Source of the DNA: Terriglobales bacterium
GTDB lineage: Bacteria; Acidobacteriota; Terriglobia; Terriglobales; SCQP01
DNA length: 38,498 nt
Reading direction: 5' to 3'
NCBI GenBank assembly: GCA_050745525.1
Contig: JBOGKL010000441.1
Coordinates: 1-38,498, forward strand
Part shown: positions 27,914-37,171 of the stretch, piece by piece
Layout: each line of letters opens with the position of its first letter
Position numbering within the stretch: the stretch's first letter is position 1
Notes under the pieces: model-generated
Told to the model about the DNA's origin: nothing
The model's input: the letters and a program-made list of their open reading frames with translations, nothing else
The model's database searches: none
Made by a program: the position numbers and the translations under genes

Positions 27914-27934
27914 TCGCGCGGCACGGCCGCGCGA
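27914..27934. promoter_or_regulatory. Perfect 9-bp inverted repeat TCGCGCGGC-ACG-GCCGCGCGA in the aroF / rsmG divergent region
   Basis: Seen directly in the sequence. It lies 33 nt upstream of the rsmG ATG and 43 nt upstream of the aroF ATG. Confidence 0.3.
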
Positions 27935-27966
27935 GGCCCTGCGCCAGTAAATGCTACCCTGCCCGC

Positions 27967-28620
27967 ATGGACGAGCTCAGCCTCGAGGAACTCCGGCAGT
28001 TGATCGAACAGTCGCTGCCCGCCTATGGCTACGTGCCCACCCCCGACATCGCCCGTCGCCTCGCGCGCTATCTCTCCCTCATTAGCGCCGCGCAGCCACG
28101 TGTGCGCCTCGTCGCTAGCACTGCCCCCGACGTGCTCGTCGGCCGTCACCTCGGCGAATCTCTCGCCCTCGGCAGCGTTGACTGCCACCGGCTGGTGGAT
28201 GTCGGCCCCGGCGCCGGTTTCCCCGGCTTGGCGCTGGCCCTAGCCTGGCCCAACGTAACAACTACATTGGTAGAAGCAGGTCAGAAAAAAGCTGATTTTC
28301 TCCGCTCCGCTATCCGCGAGCTTGGTGCCGAGGGGCAGGTTGAGGTCTTATCTCAATTCCTCCCCCGCGCCCGCGGTTCGGCGCTTAGCCCTCTCGCCAC
28401 GGCCGATCTGGTCACCGTGCGCGCCCTCGAGCGCATGGAGCTGGTGCCCGCCTGGCTCGGGCGCTGGCTCGATCCCGGCGCCGAAGCCGCCTTCTGGGTG
28501 AGCGAAGAGACCGCCGCGGCCTGGCGCCAGAAATATCCCCGCTGGCACTGGGGCGCCTGGCGCCTGCTGCCCGGGGCGCGCGCGCGCGGCATCCTGCGGG
28601 CGCGCTGGCTCGGACGGTAG
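27967..28620 (+). CDS. rsmG: 16S rRNA (guanine527-N7)-methyltransferase
   Basis: 217 aa. SAM-binding motif LVDVGPGAGFPGLALALAWP and the LVEAGQKKADFL motif are typical of GidB/RsmG. It occupies the classical position upstream of parAB. Confidence 0.9.
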   Translation: MDELSLEELRQLIEQSLPAYGYVPTPDIARRLARYLSLISAAQPRVRLVASTAPDVLVGRHLGESLALGSVDCHRLVDVGPGAGFPGLALALAWPNVTTTLVEAGQKKADFLRSAIRELGAEGQVEVLSQFLPRARGSALSPLATADLVTVRALERMELVPAWLGRWLDPGAEAAFWVSEETAAAWRQKYPRWHWGAWRLLPGARARGILRARWLGR

Positions 28621-28628
28621 AAGTCGTG

Positions 28629-28644
28629 TGTTTCACGTGGAACG
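28629..28644. promoter_or_regulatory. parS: parS centromere-like site
   Basis: TGTTTCACGTGGAACG matches the canonical TGTTTCACGTGAAACA at 14 of 16 positions. It lies about 40 nt upstream of parA. Confidence 0.7.
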
Positions 28645-28684
28645 GAGTAGCTTGCGGGATCGCCCTTAGGCTACACTCACCCCC

Positions 28685-29476
28685 ATGGCACGCGTGCTCG
28701 CCATCACCAACCAAAAAGGCGGCGTGGGGAAAACCACCACCGCCATTAATCTTGCCGCCTCCCTCGCCGCCGCCGACGTCAAGACGCTGCTCGTCGATTG
28801 TGACCCCCAGGCCAATGCCTCGAGCGGCTTGGGCGTGGCCAACGATCCCGCCCGCCCCAGCCTCTATCAGGGCCTGCGCGGGGAGGCCGAGGCGGCTGCT
28901 CTCATCGTGTCTACGCCCCTGGAAGCGCTCGAACTGCTGCCCGCCAGTAGCGATCTGGCCGGCCTCAACGTCGAGCTGGTGAATGAGACCGAACGCGAAC
29001 GCCGCCTGCAGCATCTGCTCGCGCCGCTCGCCTCCCGCTACGAGTTCATCCTCCTCGACTGCCCCCCGGCGCTTGATCTCCTGAACCTGAACGCCCTCGT
29101 CGCCGCCCACTCCCTCATCGTGCCCATGCAGTGTGAGTACTTTGCCCTCGAAGGCGTCGCCCAGCTGCTGCGCACGGTCGAAGCCGTGCAGCAAAGCTGG
29201 AACCCGGAGCTGGAGATCGCCGGCGTCCTCTTCACCCAGCTCGACGAACGCACCAACCTCAGCCGTCAGGTGGCCGACAGCCTGCGCGCCCACTTCGGCG
29301 AGCGCGTCTTTGCGACCTCCATCCCGCGCAACATCCGCCTGGCCGAGGCCCCTAGCCACGGCCTGCCCGCCCTGCTCTATGATCTGCGCTCGCGCGGGGC
29401 CGAATCCTATCTCCAACTTGCCCACGAGGTGATTCAACGTGAACAAGCCCGCTTCGCCGCCTCCGCCCGCGCGTAA
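28685..29476 (+). CDS. parA: Chromosome partitioning ATPase ParA/Soj
   Basis: Deviant Walker A motif in MARVLAITNQKGGVGKTTTAINLA; also ILLDCPPAL and the SIPRNIRLAEAPSHG motif. Confidence 0.95.
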   Translation: MARVLAITNQKGGVGKTTTAINLAASLAAADVKTLLVDCDPQANASSGLGVANDPARPSLYQGLRGEAEAAALIVSTPLEALELLPASSDLAGLNVELVNETERERRLQHLLAPLASRYEFILLDCPPALDLLNLNALVAAHSLIVPMQCEYFALEGVAQLLRTVEAVQQSWNPELEIAGVLFTQLDERTNLSRQVADSLRAHFGERVFATSIPRNIRLAEAPSHGLPALLYDLRSRGAESYLQLAHEVIQREQARFAASARA

Positions 29477-30356
29477 GGCCCTCGGCCGTGGCCTCAATGC
29501 CCTGCTCGCCCCCTCCGCCACCCCCTTAGGCGCCCGTTCCGCCGCGGCTGCTCCGCCCGCCCCCCACGCCGGCAAAGAAGGCGAGCTGCGCCAGCTGCCC
29601 ATCGAGCAGATTCAGCCTAATCCCCTACAGCCCCGCCGACATTTCGACCCGGTCGAGCTCGATGAGCTCGCCGCCTCCATCCGTGCCCACGGCGTCCTGC
29701 AGCCGGTTCTGGTGCGCCCCTCCGGCTCCGGCTTCGAGCTCATCGCCGGCGAACGCCGCCTCCGCGCTGCAACCCTTGCCGGCCTCACCCACCTTCCCGC
29801 CCTCGTCCGCCTCCTCGCCGATGGCCCCATGCTCGAGCTCGCCATCATCGAAAACCTCCAGCGCTCCGACCTCAACCCCATCGAGCAGGCCGAGGCCTTC
29901 CGCGAGCTGGCCCAGCGCTTCCGCCTCACACAGGAGGAAATCGCCCAAAAAACCGGCAAGGATCGCGCCACCATCGCCAATTTCCTCCGCCTTCTGCGCC
30001 TTGATCCCGATCTGGTCGAGCTGCTCCGCTCCGGCACCCTCTCCCCCGGCCAGGCCCGCCCCCTGCTTGCGCTCTCGCCCGAGGCCCAGCGCGCGCTCGG
30101 CCAAAAAATCGCCGCCGAAAACTGGTCCGCCCGCCGCGTCGAGCAGCACGTGGCCAAACTACAGACCCCGCCCGCCTCCCCTCGCCCCGCCCCACCCCGC
30201 GATCCCAACGAACGCGAGGCCGAGCTGCAGCTTTCCCGCTCCCTCGGCGCCCACGTCACGCTCAAAGCCGGGCGCGGCCACCGCGGCACCATCGAGCTTC
30301 ACTACGCCTCCCTCGATGAGTTCCAACGCCTCTACGACCGCCTCGTCCACCCCTGA
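29439..30356 (+). CDS. parB: Chromosome partitioning protein ParB/Spo0J
   Basis: N-terminal LGRGLNALL, arginine patch GERRLRAA, and helix-turn-helix QEEIAQKTGKDRATIANFLRLL. The GTG start at 29439 overlaps the parA 3' end by 38 nt. Confidence 0.93.
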   Translation: MNKPASPPPPARKALGRGLNALLAPSATPLGARSAAAAPPAPHAGKEGELRQLPIEQIQPNPLQPRRHFDPVELDELAASIRAHGVLQPVLVRPSGSGFELIAGERRLRAATLAGLTHLPALVRLLADGPMLELAIIENLQRSDLNPIEQAEAFRELAQRFRLTQEEIAQKTGKDRATIANFLRLLRLDPDLVELLRSGTLSPGQARPLLALSPEAQRALGQKIAAENWSARRVEQHVAKLQTPPASPRPAPPRDPNEREAELQLSRSLGAHVTLKAGRGHRGTIELHYASLDEFQRLYDRLVHP

Positions 30357-30383
30357 CGCCCCCCGGCTCAAAGTCGGGCTAAA

Positions 30384-31682
30384 ATGTGGGCAGCCACTCC
30401 GATGTCGCGTCTCGCTGCCGCCTTCACCCTTCTGCTAACGTTTGCCTGCTTCGCCGCCGCGCAAACCCCCGCCGCTCAATCCTCTCCCCCCGACGCCCAG
30501 ACCACCCGCCTCGAGGCCATCATGGAGGTCCAAGAGCCGGGCCGGCAAATGCGCGAGCTCGAAGCCTTCGCCACACAATTCCCTCACTCCTCCCTGCTCC
30601 CCGACGTCTACAACGCCGTCATCCAAGACGCCGTCGCCCTCAATGATGATGCTGTCATTCTGCACTACAATCTGAAGCTGCAACAGCTCGACCCAGGCAA
30701 CCTCGCCCAGCGCGTTAAAGTCTTGAATCTGCTGCTCTTAGAGACCGACACGGTCCACAAACAACAGGCCGCCACCGCCGCCGCCGCCTTCGCCAAAATG
30801 GTGGAGGAAAAGACCGCCGAAGCCCCGCCGGAAGCCATGGGCCCCACCCGCTGGCGCCTGGACATGGCCCGTCTCCGCTCCCTCGCCGATCTGTTTCAAG
30901 GCGCCGCCGCCCAGGCGCTCGGCAGCTACTCATCGGCCGAGCAGTTCCTTGCCTCTAGCCTCCAGCAGAGCGAGACCGAAGAAGCGGCCCAGCACCTGGG
31001 CCAGGTCTACGTGGCCGAAGGCAAAATCCCCCAGGCGCTCAACGCCTACGCCCTCGCCCTCGCCCTGCCCGGTCAGACCATCGCTCAGCGCGCCGCGCTC
31101 GAGTCCACCGCCGCGGCCCTCTACCGCACCCTCCACAATGGCAGCCGGGTCGGCTTCGGCGATCTCATCCTACGCCAGTTCGACAGCGTCGCCAGCCGCG
31201 ACGCCGCCCAGCAGTCTTCGCTCCATCCCCACGCCGGCGTCAACGCCGCGGCCTCAACCCTGGGCCAGTTCGTCCTCACCTCGCTTGACGGCGCGCGCCA
31301 CACGCTCGCCGCCGAGCGGGGCAAGGTCGTGGTGCTCGACTTCTGGGCCACCTGGTGCGGCCCCTGCCGCGTGCAGCACCCGCTGCTGGTCGCGCTCGCC
31401 AAAGAATTCGCATCTAATCACAACGTGATATTTGTCGCCGTCAACGAGGATGAGGTTCGCAGCCGCGTCGCCCCCTTCCTCACCGCCCACGACTGGGCCC
31501 AAACCACCTGGCTCGACGCCGGCCTCGGCCCCTTTCTGGGCGTGGATTCCCTCCCCACGACCATGATCCTCAACCCCCAGGGCGCGATCGTCTACCGCCA
31601 GTCGGGCTTTGTCCCCTCCGAGTACGAGGCCAACCTCCGCGCCGCCATTGAACGCACGCTCAAGGCCTCGCCCGCGTCCTGA
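30384..31682 (+). CDS. Secreted TPR-like helical domain fused to a TlpA/ResA-type thioredoxin domain
   Basis: 432 aa with a signal peptide (LAAAFTLLLTFACFAAAQTP). The C-terminal VVVLDFWATWCGPCRVQHP motif is a thiol-disulfide oxidoreductase motif. An alternative start is ATG 30402. Confidence 0.85.
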   Translation: MWAATPMSRLAAAFTLLLTFACFAAAQTPAAQSSPPDAQTTRLEAIMEVQEPGRQMRELEAFATQFPHSSLLPDVYNAVIQDAVALNDDAVILHYNLKLQQLDPGNLAQRVKVLNLLLLETDTVHKQQAATAAAAFAKMVEEKTAEAPPEAMGPTRWRLDMARLRSLADLFQGAAAQALGSYSSAEQFLASSLQQSETEEAAQHLGQVYVAEGKIPQALNAYALALALPGQTIAQRAALESTAAALYRTLHNGSRVGFGDLILRQFDSVASRDAAQQSSLHPHAGVNAAASTLGQFVLTSLDGARHTLAAERGKVVVLDFWATWCGPCRVQHPLLVALAKEFASNHNVIFVAVNEDEVRSRVAPFLTAHDWAQTTWLDAGLGPFLGVDSLPTTMILNPQGAIVYRQSGFVPSEYEANLRAAIERTLKASPAS

Positions 31683-31835
31683 CCCGCTCCCAGCCGCCGA
31701 CGAAACCCTGGGGAAGGGGCGAGATGCAAGCGGCGCGAGGCCGCAGCGAGCGACGGCGCGGAGCGTATACGTACATACGTGACAAGCCGGAGCGAGCGAG
31801 AACGAAGCGCCGCGCCGCAGATCGCCCCGCCCCTC

Positions 31836-32735
31836 TTAGATTCCGCCCTGCCCGCCGCCGCCCATCACCCCGCCCAGAATCGCCCCCAGCGCCCCCGCGC
31901 CCGCCATCGCGCCCACGCCGCCGCCTCTCTGCACCCCCGCGGCGGCCACAATGCGGCTCGCCAGCCGGTCAAACGACAGCGTCTGCAGAATCACCGTGCC
32001 CGGACCCGTGAGGACGATAAAAAACATCCCCTCGCCACCGAACAGCATGTTCTTGAACCCCTTCACGAACTCAATCGTGTAGGCAACGCCGGCGTCGAAA
32101 GCGACCACCGTGCCCGTGTCCACCCGTATCTGCTCGCCCGCCTGCAGCTCCAGCTTGATGAAGTGCCCGCCCGCATGCACCAGCGCGTCGCCCTGGCCGC
32201 CCAGCGTCTGCAGAATGAACCCCTCGCCGCTGAACAGCCCGTAGCCGAGCTTGCGGCTGAAGCCCACCGAGAGCGTCACCTGCGGGCTGCAGCACAGAAA
32301 CGAGTGCCGCTGGCACAGCCACTGCCGCTCCCCCACCGGCAAGCGGTGGATCGTGCCCGGATAGGGCGCCGCAAACGCCGCTTCCCCCGCCCCCTCCTGT
32401 GCCGAGAAGTGGGCGAGAAAAAACGAGTCCCCCGCCATCGCCCGTTTGAACCCGGCCATCAGCCCGCCGCTCATGGCCGTATTCATGCTCACCCCGCCGC
32501 GCATGTACAGCAGCGCGCCCGGCTCGGCCATCACGCTTTGCCCGGCCGCCAGCGACACCACCGCGCCCTGCATCTCGTAGCCCACCACCTGGTAGCGCGC
32601 CTCGCCGATCGTCCCCGTCGTAGGCGCCACGGCGTTGCCGGATGCTGCGGTGAGTGCCGGCTGCGGAGCCCCGCACGCCGGACAAAATCGATCGCCTTCG
32701 CCGACCTTCTGATGACAAGCAGGACAGGTGCCCAT
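31836..32735 (-). CDS. AIM24/TIGR00266 (DUF124) family protein with an N-terminal zinc ribbon and a Gly-rich tail
   Basis: 299 aa. Zinc ribbon CPACHQKVGEGDRFCPACG; then YEMQGAVVSLAAGQSVMAEPGALLYM, GEGFILQTLGG and GEGMFFIVLTGPGTVILQTL, which are typical of the AIM24 fold. Confidence 0.8.
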   Translation of the reverse strand: MGTCPACHQKVGEGDRFCPACGAPQPALTAASGNAVAPTTGTIGEARYQVVGYEMQGAVVSLAAGQSVMAEPGALLYMRGGVSMNTAMSGGLMAGFKRAMAGDSFFLAHFSAQEGAGEAAFAAPYPGTIHRLPVGERQWLCQRHSFLCCSPQVTLSVGFSRKLGYGLFSGEGFILQTLGGQGDALVHAGGHFIKLELQAGEQIRVDTGTVVAFDAGVAYTIEFVKGFKNMLFGGEGMFFIVLTGPGTVILQTLSFDRLASRIVAAAGVQRGGGVGAMAGAGALGAILGGVMGGGGQGGI

Positions 32736-32802
32736 GCCTTCGACTATACCGCCTTCGCCGCCGAACCTAGCTCCTTCTGAGGCACCATGGAAGCACGACC
32801 CT

Positions 32803-34160
32803 ATGCGGCTCTTCTTGCTCTCGCTGGTTCTGCTCTTTCTGCCCGCGGCCGTCCAAGCCCAAGGGGCAACTGCGCCCTCGTCTTCCTCAACCCCGCTCCG
32901 CTTTCACCTGGGCGGCTGGGACATCACGCCCGGAGGCTTTGTGGACTTCACGGCCTATAACCGCTCCACCGCGGTGGGCAGCGGTATTGGTACCGATTTT
33001 GCTGCCATCCCAGCCAACAATAGCGCGGCCGGCGCGCTGAGCGAGTTCGGCGAAAGCGCTCAGAACTCACGCCTGTCGCTGCAGGTCAGTTCCTCGTCCG
33101 CGCCGATATATGGCTATGTCGAGGCCGATTTCCTGGGTGCGGCGCCCGGCAACGTCGCCGTTAGCAGCAATTCGGCTTCGTTACGTTTGCGGGTGGCGTT
33201 CGTGGATCTTCGCCGCGGCGCCTGGGAGCTGGTCGCTGGGCAGGACTGGAGCCTGCTCACGCCCAGCAAGCAGGGCCTATCGCCCCGCCCGATGTCGCCT
33301 ATGGCGACACCATGGATACCAACTATCAAGTCGGCCTGACCTGGGCGCGCCAGCCGCAACTGCGTGTCTTGTTTCACGCCTCGCCGCACTTTACGCTCGG
33401 CCTGTCGCTCGAAAACACCCAGCCCTACATAGGCGGCAGCGCTGGCGCCGCCGTCGTAACCTTGCCCGGTGGCGCTTCCGGCCCTTACGCCGCACAGCTC
33501 AACAGCGGCAATACGGCCTTTGCCGCCCCCGGTTTCACGCCGGATGTCATCGCCAAGCTCGCCTACGACTCCGATCCCTCAGGCGGCGGCATCCACCTCG
33601 AGCTGGCCGGCCTGGAAAGCGAATTTCGCCTCCGCGATCCCGTCACCGCCGTCACGCAGCACGCCGCCGGCACGGGCGTGGAAGGCGACGCCGCCTGGAA
33701 GCCCTTCCGTCCCCTGCGACTGTTCGCCAACTCGTTCGTCGGCGATGGCGGCGGCCGCTACTTCTTCGGTCTGGCGCCGGACCTCATCGTCCGTCAGGAC
33801 GGCACCCCGGCGCCGCTTCTGACCCGTGGCGGCATGACCGGTGCCGAGTACCAGATCGACCGCGCCGATCTGTTCTACACCTACTACGGCGGCCTGGTGG
33901 TAACTCCCAACTTCGATCTCTCGGGCGCGACGCCGGTCGGCTACGGATATCTCGGCTCACCGGCCGGCCAGAACCGCACCGTACAGGAAGCCACGCTCGG
34001 TCTCAACCGGACGCTCTGGGCCTCGCCCCGCTCGGGATCGCTCCAGCTGCTGACCCAATTCTCCTACGTCGCCCGCGCCCCATTCCGCGCCGCTGCCGGC
34101 GCCCCGCCCAGCGCCCACGCCCTGCTCGCCTACGCCGATCTGCGCTTCAATCTCCCCTGA
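32803..34160 (+). pseudogene. Outer-membrane beta-barrel porin-like gene interrupted by a frameshift near 33270-33295
   Basis: Two ORFs (32803..33339 and, in the -1 frame, ..33312..34160) read as one protein. The first has a signal peptide (LFLLSLVLLFLPAAVQAQ) and alternating beta-strand pattern up to GQDWSLLTPSKQG. The second continues APPDVAYGDTMDTNYQVGLTWARQPQLR ... ADLRFNLP. The frame switch falls in the C-rich run cgccccgccc. Confidence 0.6.
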
Positions 34161-34166
34161 CGGCCC

Positions 34167-35834
34167 TTATCCGCGCGCCCGCCTGCCCCAATCCTTCAGA
34201 ATCTCCCGCGCCGCGTTGTGCCCGGGCGCGCCCGTGACGCCACCGCCCGGATGCGCCCCCGAACCGCACAGGTACAGCCCCGCCAACGGCATCCGGTAAT
34301 TGCCGTACCCGAGCGCCGGGCGCGCCGAAAACATCTGGTCCAGGCTCAGCGCGCCGTGAAAAATGTCCCCGCCCGTCAGCCCATAGATCCGCTCCAGGTC
34401 GAGCGGGCTCTGGATGCGCCGCCCCAGCACCGCCGCCCGGAAGTTGGGCGCATACTGCGTCACGGTCTCGATCATCAAGTCAGCCACCTCTTCCCGGTGC
34501 TCGTCCCAGCTCGCCCCATCGGGCAGCTCCGGCGCCGCGTGTTGGCAGAAAAGGCTCGCGACGTGCCGCCCTTCGGGCGCCAGCGAGTCGTCCAGCGTCG
34601 AGGGAATCAGCATCTCGATGATTGGCCGCCGCGACCACCCCGTCCGCCGCGCGTCAAAATACGCGTCTTCCATGTATCGCAGCGTCGGCGCCATGATGAT
34701 GCCGCCCGTGTGGTGATCGCCCATCGTCGCGCCCGGCAGGCAGGTGAAGTTCGGCAGCTCGGCCAGCGCGACATTGACATGGAATGTCCCCGAGCCGCAG
34801 CGGTAGCGGCGCATGTGCTCCAGAAAATCGGCGGGCACGGCGCTCTCGGGCACCAGTTTGGTGAACAGCAGTTTGGGGTTCACCCCCGCCGCCACCACGC
34901 GCGCGCGGATCACCTCGCCGCTCTCGGTCACCACCCCCGCCGCGCGCCCGCCTTCCACCAGCACCTCGCGCACCCCCGCGTTGACGCGGATGTCGGCGCC
35001 CCGCGCCGCCGCCGCCCGGGCCATCGCCTGCGTGATGGCGCCCATGCCGCCCACGGCGTGTCCCCACACGCCCTTCTTGCCGTTGGTCTCGCCGAAGACA
35101 TGGTGCAGCAGCACGTACGCCGACCCGGGCGTGTACGGGCTGGCGTAGTTGCCCACAATGCTGTCGAACCCGAACACCGCCTTGATCGGGTCCGACTCGA
35201 ACCATCCGTCCAGATACTCCCCCGCCGAGGTCGCCAGCAGCCGCAGCAGCTCCCGCCGGTCGGCGCCGCTCAGCGCCAGCACGCGTTTGCCGAACCGCCC
35301 GGCGCGCACCAGCTCGGGCAGCGCCTGCAGCCATCCGCCGTCGCCGGCATTGGGTGGGGTCTCCAGCACCAGCGAGCGCAGCAGCGCGGCAAAAACCTCC
35401 AGTTGCGCCCCGTAGCCCTCGAGGCGTGCCGCGTCCCGCGTCGAGAACTTCGCCACCCCGCCCGCCGTCCGCCCCTCGCCCACCAACAGATAGCGCCCGT
35501 CCTCGGTGGGCAGAAAATTCGAAACCCGCCGCTCCAGAATCCGCAGTCCATAGCGCGCCAGCTCCAGTTCGCCGATGATCTTCGGGTGCAGCAGCGACAC
35601 CGTGTACGCCGCCGCCGAGTTGCGGTATCCGGGATAAAATTCCTCCGTCACCACCGCCCCGCCGACCACCCCGCGCCGTTCCAGCACGGCGACCTTCAGG
35701 CCGCCTGCGGCGAGATAGGCGGCGCACACCAGCCCGTTGTGCCCGCCCCCCACGATCACCACGTCGTAGTGCGCGGGTCGTTCGGCGCAGCCGAGCGGGG
35801 TCCCGCGCCGATCAATGTTGACATCCGCGGTCAT
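34167..35834 (-). CDS. FAD/NAD(P)-dependent oxidoreductase, phytoene desaturase (CrtI)-like family (second paralogue)
   Basis: DVVIVGGGHNGLVCAAYLAAGGLKVAVLERRGVVGG dinucleotide fold and a C-terminal LYLCGSGAHPGGGVTG motif. This is the same family as 6488..7924. ATG 35834 is preferred over the track's GTG 35867. Confidence 0.8.
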   Translation of the reverse strand: MTADVNIDRRGTPLGCAERPAHYDVVIVGGGHNGLVCAAYLAAGGLKVAVLERRGVVGGAVVTEEFYPGYRNSAAAYTVSLLHPKIIGELELARYGLRILERRVSNFLPTEDGRYLLVGEGRTAGGVAKFSTRDAARLEGYGAQLEVFAALLRSLVLETPPNAGDGGWLQALPELVRAGRFGKRVLALSGADRRELLRLLATSAGEYLDGWFESDPIKAVFGFDSIVGNYASPYTPGSAYVLLHHVFGETNGKKGVWGHAVGGMGAITQAMARAAAARGADIRVNAGVREVLVEGGRAAGVVTESGEVIRARVVAAGVNPKLLFTKLVPESAVPADFLEHMRRYRCGSGTFHVNVALAELPNFTCLPGATMGDHHTGGIIMAPTLRYMEDAYFDARRTGWSRRPIIEMLIPSTLDDSLAPEGRHVASLFCQHAAPELPDGASWDEHREEVADLMIETVTQYAPNFRAAVLGRRIQSPLDLERIYGLTGGDIFHGALSLDQMFSARPALGYGNYRMPLAGLYLCGSGAHPGGGVTGAPGHNAAREILKDWGRRARG

Positions 35835-35854
35835 TCGGGTGAATCGTAGCCGGG

Positions 35855-37138
35855 ATGCCGCCCCCACGCAACATAGGTCTGCCCCTGGCCGTGCTGCTCG
35901 TCGCCGGCAGCATGATCGGCTCCGGCATCTTCCTGCTCCCCGCCACGCTCGCCCAGTTCGGCAGCCTCACCACCCTCGGCTGGCTCATTGCCGCCGCCGG
36001 CGCGCTGATTATGGCGCGCGTCTTCGCCCGCCTCGGGCGCGCCGCCCCCGCTCCCGGCGGCGCCTGCACCTACGTCGCCCGCGTGCTCGGACGCAAGTGG
36101 GGTTTTCACGCCACCGCCGCCTACTGGCTTGCCCTCTGGACGGGCAACGTCGCCATCGCCATCGCCGCCCTCGGCTACGTCGCCTATTTTGTCCCCGCGC
36201 TCGGGCGCGCTTTCCCGCTCGCCCTCGGCGCCGTCGCCCTTATCTGGCTGCTGATCCTGGTCAATCTCCTCGGCGCGCGCCGCATCTGCCAACTCGAATC
36301 GGCCACGCTACTGGTCGGCCTGGTCCCGATTCTCTTCGTGATCATCGCGGGCGTCTGGAGCTTTCATCCCGCCATCTTCCGCGCCGCCTGGAACGTGACC
36401 GGCAAGCCCGTCTGGCAGGCATTGCCGCCCGCCCTGGTGCTGATGTTCTGGGCTTTTGTCGGGGTCGAGAGCGCCTCCATCGGCACCGCCTTTGTCCGCG
36501 ATCCGGAGCGCAACGTCGGCCGCGCCACCTACTGCGGCGTGCTGCTCGCCGCCGCCGTCTACCTGCTCAGTTGCGCCATGCTCATGGGCTTGCTGCCCGC
36601 CGCCGCGCTCGCGCGCTCGACCGCCCCCTTCGCCGATGCCGCCCGTGTCCTGCTCGGCCCCTCGGCCGCCGTTTGGGTGGCGGGCGCCGTCGCTCTGCTG
36701 GCCCTGGTCAAGCTGCTCGGCTCCCTCGCCGTCTGGATACTACTCACCGCCGAGACCAGCGTCGCCACGGCGCGCGAGGGCCTTTTTCCGCCTCTGTTCG
36801 CCCGCCGCGGCGCCAGCCTGTGGGTCGCGGGTGCCCTTATGACCGCCGGCGTTGCCGCCACGGTCTCGCCGACCCTCGGTCAACAATTCGGCCGCCTGAT
36901 CGCGGTGTCAGTGATCTTCACCCTCCTGCTCTATATCTACTCGTGTCTGGCGCTGTGGCGCGTCGCCGAAAACCATGATCGCGCCTTTGCCGCCGCTGGA
37001 CTGATCTTCTGCGTCGCCGTCATCGCGCTTTCCGGCGCCGGCATGCTGCTCGACGCCGCGGTCGTGCTGGTCTGCGTCTTCCCGCTTTATTACTTCCTCC
37101 GCGTGCCCGTCACGCAGGCAGCCGGAAGCAGCGAATAA
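35855..37138 (+). CDS. APC-superfamily amino acid / polyamine permease
   Basis: 427 aa with about 12 hydrophobic segments. The N-terminal signature LAVLLVAGSMIGSGIFLLP and FWAFVGVESA are typical of APC (basic amino acid/polyamine antiporter-like) transporters. Confidence 0.85.
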   Translation: MPPPRNIGLPLAVLLVAGSMIGSGIFLLPATLAQFGSLTTLGWLIAAAGALIMARVFARLGRAAPAPGGACTYVARVLGRKWGFHATAAYWLALWTGNVAIAIAALGYVAYFVPALGRAFPLALGAVALIWLLILVNLLGARRICQLESATLLVGLVPILFVIIAGVWSFHPAIFRAAWNVTGKPVWQALPPALVLMFWAFVGVESASIGTAFVRDPERNVGRATYCGVLLAAAVYLLSCAMLMGLLPAAALARSTAPFADAARVLLGPSAAVWVAGAVALLALVKLLGSLAVWILLTAETSVATAREGLFPPLFARRGASLWVAGALMTAGVAATVSPTLGQQFGRLIAVSVIFTLLLYIYSCLALWRVAENHDRAFAAAGLIFCVAVIALSGAGMLLDAAVVLVCVFPLYYFLRVPVTQAAGSSE

Positions 37139-37171
37139 ACCCCAGCTTCTCCATCCGCCCGAAGGCCCCGC

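Noticed and set aside
29431-29448. A second parS at the parA/parB junction (GATTCAACGTGAACAAGC)
   Set aside because: Alignment to TGTTTCACGTGAAACA requires an indel and leaves many mismatches in both arms.
33110-34237. 375-aa plus-strand ORF in the third frame over the porin-like gene
   Set aside because: It is an Arg/Pro/Ala-rich product with no beta-strand periodicity. The other two frames together give a coherent signal-peptide-bearing beta-barrel protein.
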